Shown in pieces: positions 26,363-34,438 of a DNA stretch of 34,524 nucleotides. Every line of letters starts with the position of its first letter. The stretch's first letter is position 1. The notes beneath the pieces were generated by a model that did not search any database, had not been told where the DNA came from, and saw only the letters and a program-made list of their open reading frames with translations. The translations under genes were made by a program, and so were the position numbers. Source of the stretch: Myxococcota bacterium (GTDB taxonomy: Bacteria > Myxococcota_A > UBA796 > CAJQPC01); the NCBI GenBank assembly GCA_036229005.1, contig JAZAMN010000029.1:1-34524 (forward strand). The letters are read 5' to 3'.

Positions 26363-27352
26363 ATGGGACCGATGTTTGTCGCGATGCTGCTTGGCTGCAA
26401 GGGCCCAGAGGTTGAGGACACGGGCGAGGGGGACGTCGCGCCGACAAGCCAGGTGGTGCCCATCTTTGAGTACTCCGCGCATCTCAGCTCGGCGTTCTGC
26501 TTCACGCTGAACGGACGTCCGGAGTGTTGGTACGAGGATGAGGGGGGCGATCAGCTGCTGTTCGGGGACTACCGGGCCGAGCGGGTCAAGCACCTGTCGG
26601 TGGTCGAGATCCATTCCGAGGACAACCTGGAGTGGTCAGGAGTCTCGGGGGGGGGAGAGCTCATCTCCAGCGACTTGGGGGAGGGGCTGGACATCGACTT
26701 CTTCTACCCCGATGCAGGCGACCCAAGCACCGATGTTGAGTTTGCGAACATGTTGGGCCTCGCCATGTGCGTGCTGACTGCCGGGGGCTCCGTTGAGTGT
26801 CCGGAGTACTCCTGGAAGGAGGGCTGGGCGTCAGCGAGCTTCCCCGCGGTCAGGGATCTGAGAGCCGGGACGTACCGTGAGCCCTGCGCTATTGATGCCC
26901 AGGACCAGATCGTCTGCGCAAGTCACCAAGACAGCACTTGGACCTACAACTCGCCTTGGGCTCCGGCCGCTGGCATCAAGCAGGTCGTCACTGCCGGAGA
27001 AGGTAGCTGTGCCCTGAGCTATGACGGGGAGTTCTACTGCTGGCCCTTGTACGGGGACTGGCAACTCATGGAAGCCCCGGTGGTGAACCCGGACTACAAA
27101 CGGCTGCTCTGGTCCCTCAACCAGGACTATGCGTGTGTGCAGTTGGTGGACGGATCTTTGGAGTGCTTCGACGCCGAGGAGGGAGGCAATGAGCCTGCTT
27201 GGGTCTCGTCTCAGCCCTTCCCACTCCTGACGGATGGGGTCTCGTCAGTACACCCCAAGTTCTGGGGCGATTGGGTGATCTGCGGAGTTGAAGAGGCGTC
27301 CGGACTCCCGCAGTGCTGGGACCAGGACCTCAACGAGCGCTTTGATTGGTAG
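26363..27352 (+). CDS. Cys-rich RCC1/BLIP-II-like beta-propeller lipoprotein, copy 1
   Basis: GGAGGAG RBS and LLGC lipobox. Six Cys-paired repeats of the type CxLxxxGxxxCW. Confidence 0.68.
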   Translation: MGPMFVAMLLGCKGPEVEDTGEGDVAPTSQVVPIFEYSAHLSSAFCFTLNGRPECWYEDEGGDQLLFGDYRAERVKHLSVVEIHSEDNLEWSGVSGGGELISSDLGEGLDIDFFYPDAGDPSTDVEFANMLGLAMCVLTAGGSVECPEYSWKEGWASASFPAVRDLRAGTYREPCAIDAQDQIVCASHQDSTWTYNSPWAPAAGIKQVVTAGEGSCALSYDGEFYCWPLYGDWQLMEAPVVNPDYKRLLWSLNQDYACVQLVDGSLECFDAEEGGNEPAWVSSQPFPLLTDGVSSVHPKFWGDWVICGVEEASGLPQCWDQDLNERFDW

Positions 27353-27360
27353 GGGGAGCG

Positions 27361-28329
27361 ATGCCGGTAGTTCTGTTCTCGCTGGTGTTCGGATGCAACG
27401 ATCCAGGGCCTGATGCTCTCGATCGATCCAACCGAATCCTGCGTATCTTTCGGCGCGACACCTACGTCAGCGCGACCTTCTGCTTCACGCAGGATGGCTA
27501 CCCCCAGTGTTGGGCTGAAGACGGCTCTGGTGGCGATGCGCTGGTAGCGGGTGACTACCAGAACGAGCGGGTCCGGCACATGGCCTTTGTCGAGATGTAC
27601 TCGGAGGACTCCCAGGACTGGGTCGGTTTCAATGAGGCGGGGGAGCTGGTCGCCAACCGCATGGATGAGGTGGGCTTCGGGCGCTTCTACCCGGAGGCTG
27701 GCGACCCGACGACGGACCGAGAGAGCGCCCTGATGTACAGCGGCTACGCCACCTGCGTTCTGACTGAAGAGGGCTTCGTGGAGTGCCCCAAGTACGAATG
27801 GGTCGGGGGTTTTGACACGGTGCACTTTGCCGCAGAGCGTGGGCTGATCACGGGGCCCTATGGGGAGGCCTGTGCGATCGACGCCAGCGACCAGCTGGTC
27901 TGTGCGGAGAAGGACCTGTCCGACTCTGGGCTGACTCCCGCGACCTGGGCCCCAGAGTCGGGGTTGAAGCAGGTGGAGCAGATCTACTACGGCCTCTGTG
28001 GGTTGAGCTGGGCCGGTGAGTTCTACTGCTGGCAACGCAGCGGGAGCTGGGCGATGATGGACGCGCCCCTGGCGGACCAGGAGTACCAGCAACTGACGCG
28101 CTTTGGCGGCGATGTCTGTGTGCAGCTTGAGAGCGGTGCCTTTCGGTGCTTCGAGGTCAGCGTGGATGGTATGACGCAGACTTGGGAGTCACCCGGGCCC
28201 ATCGCTGTGACGGAGGCCGTCACCGTGCGTCCGGTCTACGAAGGGGACTGGAAGATCTGCGGGATCGAAGAAGGGTCAGGGCAGCCGCAGTGCTGGGACC
28301 AGGACTTGAACGAGCGATTTGACTGGTAG
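27361..28329 (+). CDS. Cys-rich RCC1/BLIP-II-like beta-propeller lipoprotein, copy 2
   Basis: The ATG at 27361 follows GGGGAG. VFGC lipobox, same Cys pattern and the identical C-terminus PQCWDQDLNERFDW. Confidence 0.68.
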   Translation: MPVVLFSLVFGCNDPGPDALDRSNRILRIFRRDTYVSATFCFTQDGYPQCWAEDGSGGDALVAGDYQNERVRHMAFVEMYSEDSQDWVGFNEAGELVANRMDEVGFGRFYPEAGDPTTDRESALMYSGYATCVLTEEGFVECPKYEWVGGFDTVHFAAERGLITGPYGEACAIDASDQLVCAEKDLSDSGLTPATWAPESGLKQVEQIYYGLCGLSWAGEFYCWQRSGSWAMMDAPLADQEYQQLTRFGGDVCVQLESGAFRCFEVSVDGMTQTWESPGPIAVTEAVTVRPVYEGDWKICGIEEGSGQPQCWDQDLNERFDW

Positions 28330-29241
28330 CTACTGACTCAACATCGACCCAAACCAAGCACTCAGATCCTTCAACTGCTGCGGCGCGTCCGGGTGCACGG
28401 CCACCAGCGCGTAGCCCTGGACGGCGACGCCCATGTCGCCCTGGCGGCGGTAGAGGTCGGCGAGCAGGTAGGTGGCGCGCATAAGCTCGACGGTGTCGCT
28501 GGGCTCGGTGGCCAGGTAGGCCTGGAGCTCGGCCATGGCGAGCTGCTGGAGCTTGGGCTCGACGTCGGTGACGATCCAGCGCATGGTCTGCAGGGCCTTC
28601 TTCTCCTCGGCGTCCAGGTCCCCGACGGCCTCGAACTGCTTGAGGTAGCCGTCCCGACGGTTGGCGAAGCCGCCCCGGTGGGCCACGCGGGCCAGGTTGT
28701 GGAGCAGGATCTTGCGGGTGTGGGCGTCCAGGTCGGTGCGCTTGAGCTCGGCGTCGCCCTGCTCCAGCAGCTCCCAGGCGGCGATGGGACCCTCCAGGCC
28801 CTTGTAGACGCCCACGGCCTTGTCCCGGGCGGTCCAGCTCGCCTCCAGGTAGAGCTGGTAGAGCTGGCGGTGGTCGGCGCCCAGGGTCTTGTAGACCTGA
28901 CCGGCGATGATGTAGCGCTCCCAGACCTCCAGCTTCTCGGGGTCCTCGATCTCGCGGCGCAAGCCGGCCAGGGTGACCTCGACTGCGGTCTTCTGCTCGT
29001 CCGTGAGCACCATGTCCATGTCGTGGCCGTAGACGGTGAACAAGTCATCCGGACACGTCGAGATCGCGTACTCCCTGAACTGACCCTCGGTGGAGTAGCT
29101 GACCAGGTCGCTGTCCCAGCCGCCGTGGGTGTTCGCGCTGACCTTGGAGTAGACGCGGGCCACGCCGTTGCCGGTGGGGCAGCCTTCGGTGCGCATGTCC
29201 AACTGGGTGGCGAAGGCGAGGCTGGACAGGACAAGCAGCAT
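28330..29241 (-). CDS. DUF2225-like protein with a signal peptide and C-terminal TPR-like helices
   Basis: CP...DSDL...YAISTCP, LEASWTARD and YLLADLYRRQG. Signal MLLVLSSLAFA. Confidence 0.65.
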   Translation of the reverse strand: MLLVLSSLAFATQLDMRTEGCPTGNGVARVYSKVSANTHGGWDSDLVSYSTEGQFREYAISTCPDDLFTVYGHDMDMVLTDEQKTAVEVTLAGLRREIEDPEKLEVWERYIIAGQVYKTLGADHRQLYQLYLEASWTARDKAVGVYKGLEGPIAAWELLEQGDAELKRTDLDAHTRKILLHNLARVAHRGGFANRRDGYLKQFEAVGDLDAEEKKALQTMRWIVTDVEPKLQQLAMAELQAYLATEPSDTVELMRATYLLADLYRRQGDMGVAVQGYALVAVHPDAPQQLKDLSAWFGSMLSQ

Positions 29242-29289
29242 GGGGTCTCCGGGGCCGGCACAACACGCGAGTGCGCGGGTGGCGTCCCC

Positions 29290-30243
29290 TCAGGTGCCCA
29301 GATCCAGCCGCTCTGTCAACTCGCGGGTGCGCCGGAGCAGGGTGGAGAGAGGGGCCTGGGCCTCGCTGACCTGGGCGCGCGCGCCGGGGGAGAGCTCGGG
29401 ATCCATGGCGGCCAGCTCCAGGCGCCCCAGGGCCTCGGTGAGGGGTGAGGCGAGCTCGGCCAGGCCGGCGCGGGCGGCGTCCAGGAGTCCGCCGCGGGCC
29501 TCGGACTGGTGGAGCTGGTCGGTGGTGCGCTCCAGCGCCAGGCTGAGCTGCTCGCGCTCGCGGTCGTCACGGAAGATGCCGACGCTGGCGACGGGGCGGC
29601 CCATGGCGTCGTGGACCAGGGTGGCGGAGAGCTGGACCAGGATGGCCTCGCCAGTCTTGGCCCGCAGGCGCACGCTGTGGCCGTGGATGCGGTGGTCTTC
29701 GGCGGCGCGGAGCTGCTGCATGACCTCGGACGCGGAGCCGGCGGCGGCGTAGAGGGTGCCCACGTGGGCCTGCCCAACGACCTCGGCGGCGCGGTAGCCC
29801 AGCACCTTCTCGGCGGCGCGGGAGAAGAGCAGGACCTGGCCCTCCAGGTCGACGGCGACGACGGGGTCCGGGCTGGCCTCGATCATACGAGGGAGCAGGT
29901 TCGCGGCTCCCTTTGGGCCGTCGGAGTCGGGGGTCGTGTGCCGCAGCCAGCCCCGCAGGCGCGCGCTCAAGACGGCGGAGGAGAAGGGGGCACGCAGCAC
30001 GTCGTCGGCGCCGGCGGCCAGGGCCTGCTCGGCCTGTTCGGTGTCCTCGCAGATGGCCAGCAAGGGGAGGTCGGGGGCGCGCTCACTCAGAGTGCGGATC
30101 CACTCACCGCCGGACACCGGACCATCCCCAAACCCCACCAGCATCAGGTCGCCAGCGAGGTCATCAGGGGTCCAATCGCAGCGGTGTCCGGCGCGCTGCA
30201 GGCGCTCGGCGAGCTCAGGGTCGGAGACCAGCAGGTGGGCCAA
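29290..30243 (-). CDS. Degenerate receiver + PAS + HisKA-like helix protein
   Basis: The TTG at 30243 follows AGGAG. ALAAGADDVLRAPF...LSARLR (receiver), SPDPVVAVDLEG...SRAAEKVLGY...VGIFRD (PAS) and AELASPLT (H-box-like). Confidence 0.78.
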   Translation of the reverse strand: MAHLLVSDPELAERLQRAGHRCDWTPDDLAGDLMLVGFGDGPVSGGEWIRTLSERAPDLPLLAICEDTEQAEQALAAGADDVLRAPFSSAVLSARLRGWLRHTTPDSDGPKGAANLLPRMIEASPDPVVAVDLEGQVLLFSRAAEKVLGYRAAEVVGQAHVGTLYAAAGSASEVMQQLRAAEDHRIHGHSVRLRAKTGEAILVQLSATLVHDAMGRPVASVGIFRDDREREQLSLALERTTDQLHQSEARGGLLDAARAGLAELASPLTEALGRLELAAMDPELSPGARAQVSEAQAPLSTLLRRTRELTERLDLGT

Positions 30244-31585
30244 GGTCGGGCTCCTGGGCGAAGAAGGCGGCCAGGGCACAAGCGTACACCTTGGGCAGGG
30301 GGACGCCGTGCTCGCGGGCGGCGCGGGCGCAGTCCTGGTGCTCGGGGCTGTGCTGCAGCAGCTCGCCCTCCAGCCAGCCCAGCTTGATCCGCACGGGGCC
30401 GTAGGGGGTCTGCACGCTGCGGTGCTCGCGGCGGAGGGTCTGGCGCTGCAGGCGGCGCTGGCGCAGGCCGAAGCTGGTGGAGTGGGTGAGCAGGGCGCGG
30501 CCCACGGCGCGCGCGGCGGCGGGGGGGCACAGGGCGGTGACGAGCAGGGCGGGGCGGCCCTTCTTCATCTGGACGGGCTGGGTGAAGGCGTCCACGGCGC
30601 CGGCGTCGAAGAGGGCATCCAGCAAGGCGGGGATCCACTCGCCGGTCATGTCGTCGACCTGGGTCTGCAGCTCGATGACCTCGCTTGGGGTGGGATCTGC
30701 TGAGGTGGAGGAGTTGCCCAGGAGTACGCGGGTGAGGTTGCCCCACCCCGAGGGATCCCAGGTCCCTGCCCCAAAGCCCTGGGCTGTCGGCACCATCGAG
30801 GGCATCGGGCCCGGCTCGGCCAGGGTCGCGACGATGGCGGCGCCGGTGGGGGTGACGAGCTCGCCGTTGCGGCCGTCCTGGAAGCAGGGCCAGCCGCGCA
30901 GCAGGAGGGTGGTGGCGGGTGCGGGGGCGGTGATGCGGCCGTGGGCGGTGCGGATGGGGCCGCCGCCCAGGGGGAGCTCGGTGCAGACGATGCGATCGAC
31001 GTCAAGCTGCTCCAGGAGCAAGCAGGCCCCGACGATGTCGGCGATGGAGTCGGCGGCGCCGACCTCGTGGAAGTGGACCTGCTCGACGGGGACGCCGTGG
31101 GCGCGGGCCTCGACCTGGGCCAGGGCCTCGAAGACCTGGAGGGCGCGGGCGCGGGCGCGCTCGGGGAGGGGGGCGGCCTGGAGCATGGCGCGGATGGCCT
31201 GCCAGGAGCCGTCGGCGCCGGGGGCGTGGCTGTGGTCGTGCCCGTGATCGTGGCTGTGCCCGTGGTCGTGACTGTGACTGTGGTCGTGCGCGTGGCTGTG
31301 GTCGTGCGCGTGGCTGTGGTCGTGCGGGTGGCTGTGGTCGTGACCGGCGTCGTCGGTGGGCCAGTGGGGCTGGGCGTCGGCGGGCTGGCCGGCCACCTGG
31401 ATGCGGAAGTGCAGGGCGTCGAAGGCCCCGCGGGTGACCCGCTGGGTGCTGAGCTCAAGCTCGGGGAGACCCAAGGTGGAAAGAGCGCTTTGGAGCTCTT
31501 GCAGGGAGCCACCCGCGTCCAGCAGGGCCGCGCAGAGCATGTCGCCGGCCAGGCCCGCGCGGGCGTCGATCCACAGGGTGCTCAC
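30215..31585 (-). CDS. larC: Nickel pincer cofactor biosynthesis protein LarC
   Basis: GLAGDM, His-rich insert, VHFHEVGAADSIADIVG, ELVTPTGAA, QVDDMTGE, MKKGRP and SPEHQDC. The GTG start overlaps the larB stop. Confidence 0.95.
   Translation of the reverse strand: MSTLWIDARAGLAGDMLCAALLDAGGSLQELQSALSTLGLPELELSTQRVTRGAFDALHFRIQVAGQPADAQPHWPTDDAGHDHSHPHDHSHAHDHSHAHDHSHSHDHGHSHDHGHDHSHAPGADGSWQAIRAMLQAAPLPERARARALQVFEALAQVEARAHGVPVEQVHFHEVGAADSIADIVGACLLLEQLDVDRIVCTELPLGGGPIRTAHGRITAPAPATTLLLRGWPCFQDGRNGELVTPTGAAIVATLAEPGPMPSMVPTAQGFGAGTWDPSGWGNLTRVLLGNSSTSADPTPSEVIELQTQVDDMTGEWIPALLDALFDAGAVDAFTQPVQMKKGRPALLVTALCPPAAARAVGRALLTHSTSFGLRQRRLQRQTLRREHRSVQTPYGPVRIKLGWLEGELLQHSPEHQDCARAAREHGVPLPKVYACALAAFFAQEPDLGPPAGLRP
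31226..31342 (-). repeat. His-rich coding repeat in larC (mostly 18-bp HDHSHx units; 20 His in 39 aa)
   Basis: Encodes HDHSHPHDHSHAHDHSHAHDHSHSHDHGHSHDHGHDHSH. Confidence 0.9.
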
Positions 31586-32355
31586 GCGTCCTTCTCGGCC
31601 GGCAGGCGGTTGATCAGGGTGGCCTGGTAGGCGGCGCCGAAGCCGTTGTCGATGTTGACCACGCTGACCCCGGCGGCGCAGGAGTTGAGCATGCCCAGCA
31701 GCGCGGCCAGGCCGCCGAAGCTGGCGCCGTAGCCGACGGAAGTGGGGACTGCGATGACGGGCCGCTCGGTCAGGCCGGCGACGACGCTGGGCAGCGCGCC
31801 CTCCATGCCGGCGACCACGATGACCACGCGGGCGCTGTGGAGCAGCTCGGAGTGGCGGAGGATGCGGTGGAGGCCGGCCACGCCCACGTCGGTGACCTGC
31901 TCGACGCGGTTGCCCAGGGCCTTGGCGACCACGCTGGCCTCGTTGGCGACGGGCAGGTCGGAGGTGCCCGCGCAGACCACGGCGATGGTGCCCTGGCCGC
32001 GGTCCTGCCACGCGCCGACCTGGCGGACCAGGACGCGGGCGAGGGTGTGGTAGGTGGCGTCGGGCCAGTCGCCCAGGATCTGCTCGGCGTGCTCGGGGAC
32101 CAGGCGGGTGACCACCGCGGACTGGCCGGCGGCGTCCAGGCGGCCGATGATCGCGGAGATCTGCTCGGGGGTCTTGCCCTGGCCGAAGATCACCTCGGGG
32201 ATGCCGCGGCGGAGGGCGCGCCGGGTGTCGGGGGTGGCGACGGCCTGACCCTCGAGCTCCAGGGCGTCCTGGGAGAGGGCGGCGGCGGCCTGCTGGGGGG
32301 GAACGGCGCCGGTGGCGACCTGCTCGAGCAGGGCCTGCAGTCGGGACTGGTCCAT
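31582..32355 (-). CDS. larB: Nickel pincer cofactor biosynthesis protein LarB
   Basis: PEVIFGQGKT, AGTSDLPVA, DVGVAGLHR, AGMEGALPSV, PTSVGYG and NIDNGFGAA. Confidence 0.95.
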   Translation of the reverse strand: MDQSRLQALLEQVATGAVPPQQAAAALSQDALELEGQAVATPDTRRALRRGIPEVIFGQGKTPEQISAIIGRLDAAGQSAVVTRLVPEHAEQILGDWPDATYHTLARVLVRQVGAWQDRGQGTIAVVCAGTSDLPVANEASVVAKALGNRVEQVTDVGVAGLHRILRHSELLHSARVVIVVAGMEGALPSVVAGLTERPVIAVPTSVGYGASFGGLAALLGMLNSCAAGVSVVNIDNGFGAAYQATLINRLPAEKDA

Positions 32356-32394
32356 GGACTCCTCGGGGTGGACCCCCCATGGGACGTGGAGGGC

Positions 32395-33360
32395 TCAGCC
32401 GTGCATATCGCGCACCCTGCACCACTGCTCCCAGGCGCGGCGAGGCTCCAGGTCCACGTAGCCGCGAGAGCGATCCATGGCGCGGGCGGCGCCCAGCTCC
32501 ATCTCGATGGTGGGGGCCTCATCGGCGACGGCCTCGACCTCGGCCTGGGTGAGCGGGCGGCCGAGCTGCTGCTGCTGGGACATCAGGATGGCGACCAGCG
32601 CGGGGATGTGCACGGGCTCGGGGTCCCGGAGCTCCAACGCGGGGGCGCCCTCGGGCAGGGCCACCCACACGCCCTGGGGGTTGTGGCGGCCATCGTGGGC
32701 GGGGTGCCGCAGGTCGGGCCAGCGCTCCAGGCTGCGGCGGCTGGCGTCGGCGGCGGGCGCGAAGGTGGAGCCGCTGCCAAAGACGGGGGACTCGTCGATG
32801 CAATAGCGGCAGAAGGCGTGCAGCCAGTTCAGGGCGGCCTGGGCCTCGCAGTCCTGGAGCTCCACGTCGGGCAGGCCGAAGTGCTGCATGCCCACGGAGA
32901 AGAAGCTGCGCTCGTCCTGGGCGACGAAGGCCACCGCGGCGGTCACGAGCTGCTCGGAGCTGCCGTCCTCCAGGCGCTCGATGAAGCGCTCCAGGCTGCA
33001 GCTCAGCCCGCTGGCCTCGGCGCGGATGGAGGCAGCCCCCAGCGCCTGCAGGGCACGCAGCAGCGCGAGGGTCTGCTCGCGGGCGGCGTCCAGGGGGTTG
33101 CAGATCTCCAGCAGGGCGGCCTTGGTGCACTGCCCGGCCGCTTGGACCACGGCCTCGGGCACGGGGCCGTCGGGACCCCAGTACATCGCGGCGGCGAAGC
33201 CCTCCGGCTCGTCGATGACCTCGACCCGCAGCTCCCCGCGGACGGGCGGCTCCTGGGAGCCTGCGGTGCAGAGCACGCCGGCCTGGGCGAGGGCGCCCAG
33301 CAAGCCGGGCGTGTGGTCGAAGGGTCCGGGAACCAGCAGGAAGAAGGAGGGGGTGTTCAT
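32395..33360 (-). CDS. DUF4261-like domain protein with an extra C-terminal helical domain
   Basis: SVGMQHFGLPDVE...HNPQGVW pattern. The C-terminal module is GRPLTQAEVE...SRGYVDLEP...WEQW. Confidence 0.6.
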   Translation of the reverse strand: MNTPSFFLLVPGPFDHTPGLLGALAQAGVLCTAGSQEPPVRGELRVEVIDEPEGFAAAMYWGPDGPVPEAVVQAAGQCTKAALLEICNPLDAAREQTLALLRALQALGAASIRAEASGLSCSLERFIERLEDGSSEQLVTAAVAFVAQDERSFFSVGMQHFGLPDVELQDCEAQAALNWLHAFCRYCIDESPVFGSGSTFAPAADASRRSLERWPDLRHPAHDGRHNPQGVWVALPEGAPALELRDPEPVHIPALVAILMSQQQQLGRPLTQAEVEAVADEAPTIEMELGAARAMDRSRGYVDLEPRRAWEQWCRVRDMHG

Positions 33361-33491
33361 GGGCGGGTGCTTAGCCCGGTGGAGGCGGCCAGTGGTTCGG
33401 TTCTCGGGTCAGGAACATGGTTCCTCAACCGCTGGGGCCCATCGGGACAAGTCACCTCACCGCAACTGTGGCCTGATGTGCTCCCGCACTG

Positions 33492-34082
33492 TCAGGGGTC
33501 GGGCGTGGGCGTGCCCGTGTTGGTCATCACCTGGGCGCGGCGAAGGTGATTCCGACGAACCGAGAACTCCAAGACTCGGTAGAGAAAGCCGCTGATGCCG
33601 ACCACTGGGTCGTCGCTGAGGAGGACGACGCCGAGATCGATGGAGTCACCCGTCCGAAGTGTTGGAGCGTTCCTGGTTGTCGTCGCGAGTACTCTGTCGC
33701 GCCCGATGGAGCCGCCTCCACCGAGACCGATGGTCTTGAGGTGGGTGACCCACCAGCCCCCCGGCACCTGATGTACTCGGTTCGCCTCCAGGTGCAGTTC
33801 AAAGGTCGGAGTCTCGTGATGGTCCAGCATGAACACCAAGTACTTGTTCTGATTTGTAGAACTGGAGCCAATATAGAGGTTGTGGAGGACACCTGAGCGT
33901 GGAATCTCAAATCGGCCATAGTAGCCCCGGTAGTTTCCGCCCGGCGTTGGGGCGTCCCAGAGGGCAGAGCCCAGGTACCGGACACCACCGTGGGCGCTCT
34001 GTGACGCGGAGCCCTGTCGGTTGTAGTGGCCGAAGTGTCTACCGACCCACTCGTGAATCTCGTCTACTGCGGTAGCGCTCAT
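33492..34082 (-). CDS. Hypothetical protein of atypical (lower-GC) composition
   Basis: AGGGAG RBS before the ATG, a 196-codon ORF with natural-looking composition, and many A/T-ending codons. Confidence 0.6.
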   Translation of the reverse strand: MSATAVDEIHEWVGRHFGHYNRQGSASQSAHGGVRYLGSALWDAPTPGGNYRGYYGRFEIPRSGVLHNLYIGSSSTNQNKYLVFMLDHHETPTFELHLEANRVHQVPGGWWVTHLKTIGLGGGGSIGRDRVLATTTRNAPTLRTGDSIDLGVVLLSDDPVVGISGFLYRVLEFSVRRNHLRRAQVMTNTGTPTPDP

Positions 34083-34181
34083 TGCTCCCTATTGAACGTC
34101 CCCGGCAATGGGATCGCCTCTGCCGAAGTCTAACAGTGGGGAGTTGGGGCAGGACCGGCCGAGAGCAGGACGCGCGCCTGC

Positions 34182-34265
34182 GGCTACGCCCTGCGAATGA
34201 GCGCCCCCTGGTGGCTACGCCGTCCGAATGAGCGGTCCGCCGAGGCTACCCCCGACCAGTGAGCG
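34182..34265. repeat. Three imperfect 22-bp direct repeats with exact 31-bp periodicity
   Basis: GGCTACGCCCTGCGAATGAGCG (34182), GGCTACGCCGTCCGAATGAGCG (34213) and GGCTACCCCCGACCAGTGAGCG (34244). Confidence 0.85.
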
Positions 34266-34281
34266 CTGGACCCACCGATTC

Positions 34282-34327
34282 GGCCCTCTGAGCCCTCCAA
34301 GAGCCCCCCAACAGGCCCTCTGAGCCC
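34282..34327. repeat. Two perfect 14-bp direct repeats 32 bp apart
   Basis: GGCCCTCTGAGCCC at 34282-295 and 34314-327. Confidence 0.8.
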
Positions 34328-34438
34328 CCAGATCCACCCCTGCACACCCGAATCGGTCGCCAGATCGATCACTGGTGGGCCGGAGCCTCAGCGAAGCGCT
34401 TGTGTCTGCCATCGCCGGGTAGCCTGTTGAAGCCGGGG

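Noticed and set aside
30215..32425. 736-aa track ORF as a LarB-LarC fusion or frameshifted larC
   Set aside because: larB is in a different frame with its own stop, and larC starts at GTG 31585 and is continuous.
33361..33530. attC site closing the 33492-34082 gene as an integron cassette
   Set aside because: No RYYYAAC matching GTTAGAC and no convincing attC hairpin was found after the stop. This weakens the integron reading.
2699..33549. Many long alternative-frame ORFs (e.g. 2818..5325, 10974..13703, 13729..16314, 22218..24872, 31837..33549)
   Set aside because: They are shadow ORFs of high-GC coding DNA: they overlap motif-supported genes and lack family motifs.
34182..34265. Mini-CRISPR reading of the 22-bp repeats
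   Set aside because: The spacers are only 9 bp and the repeats are degenerate.
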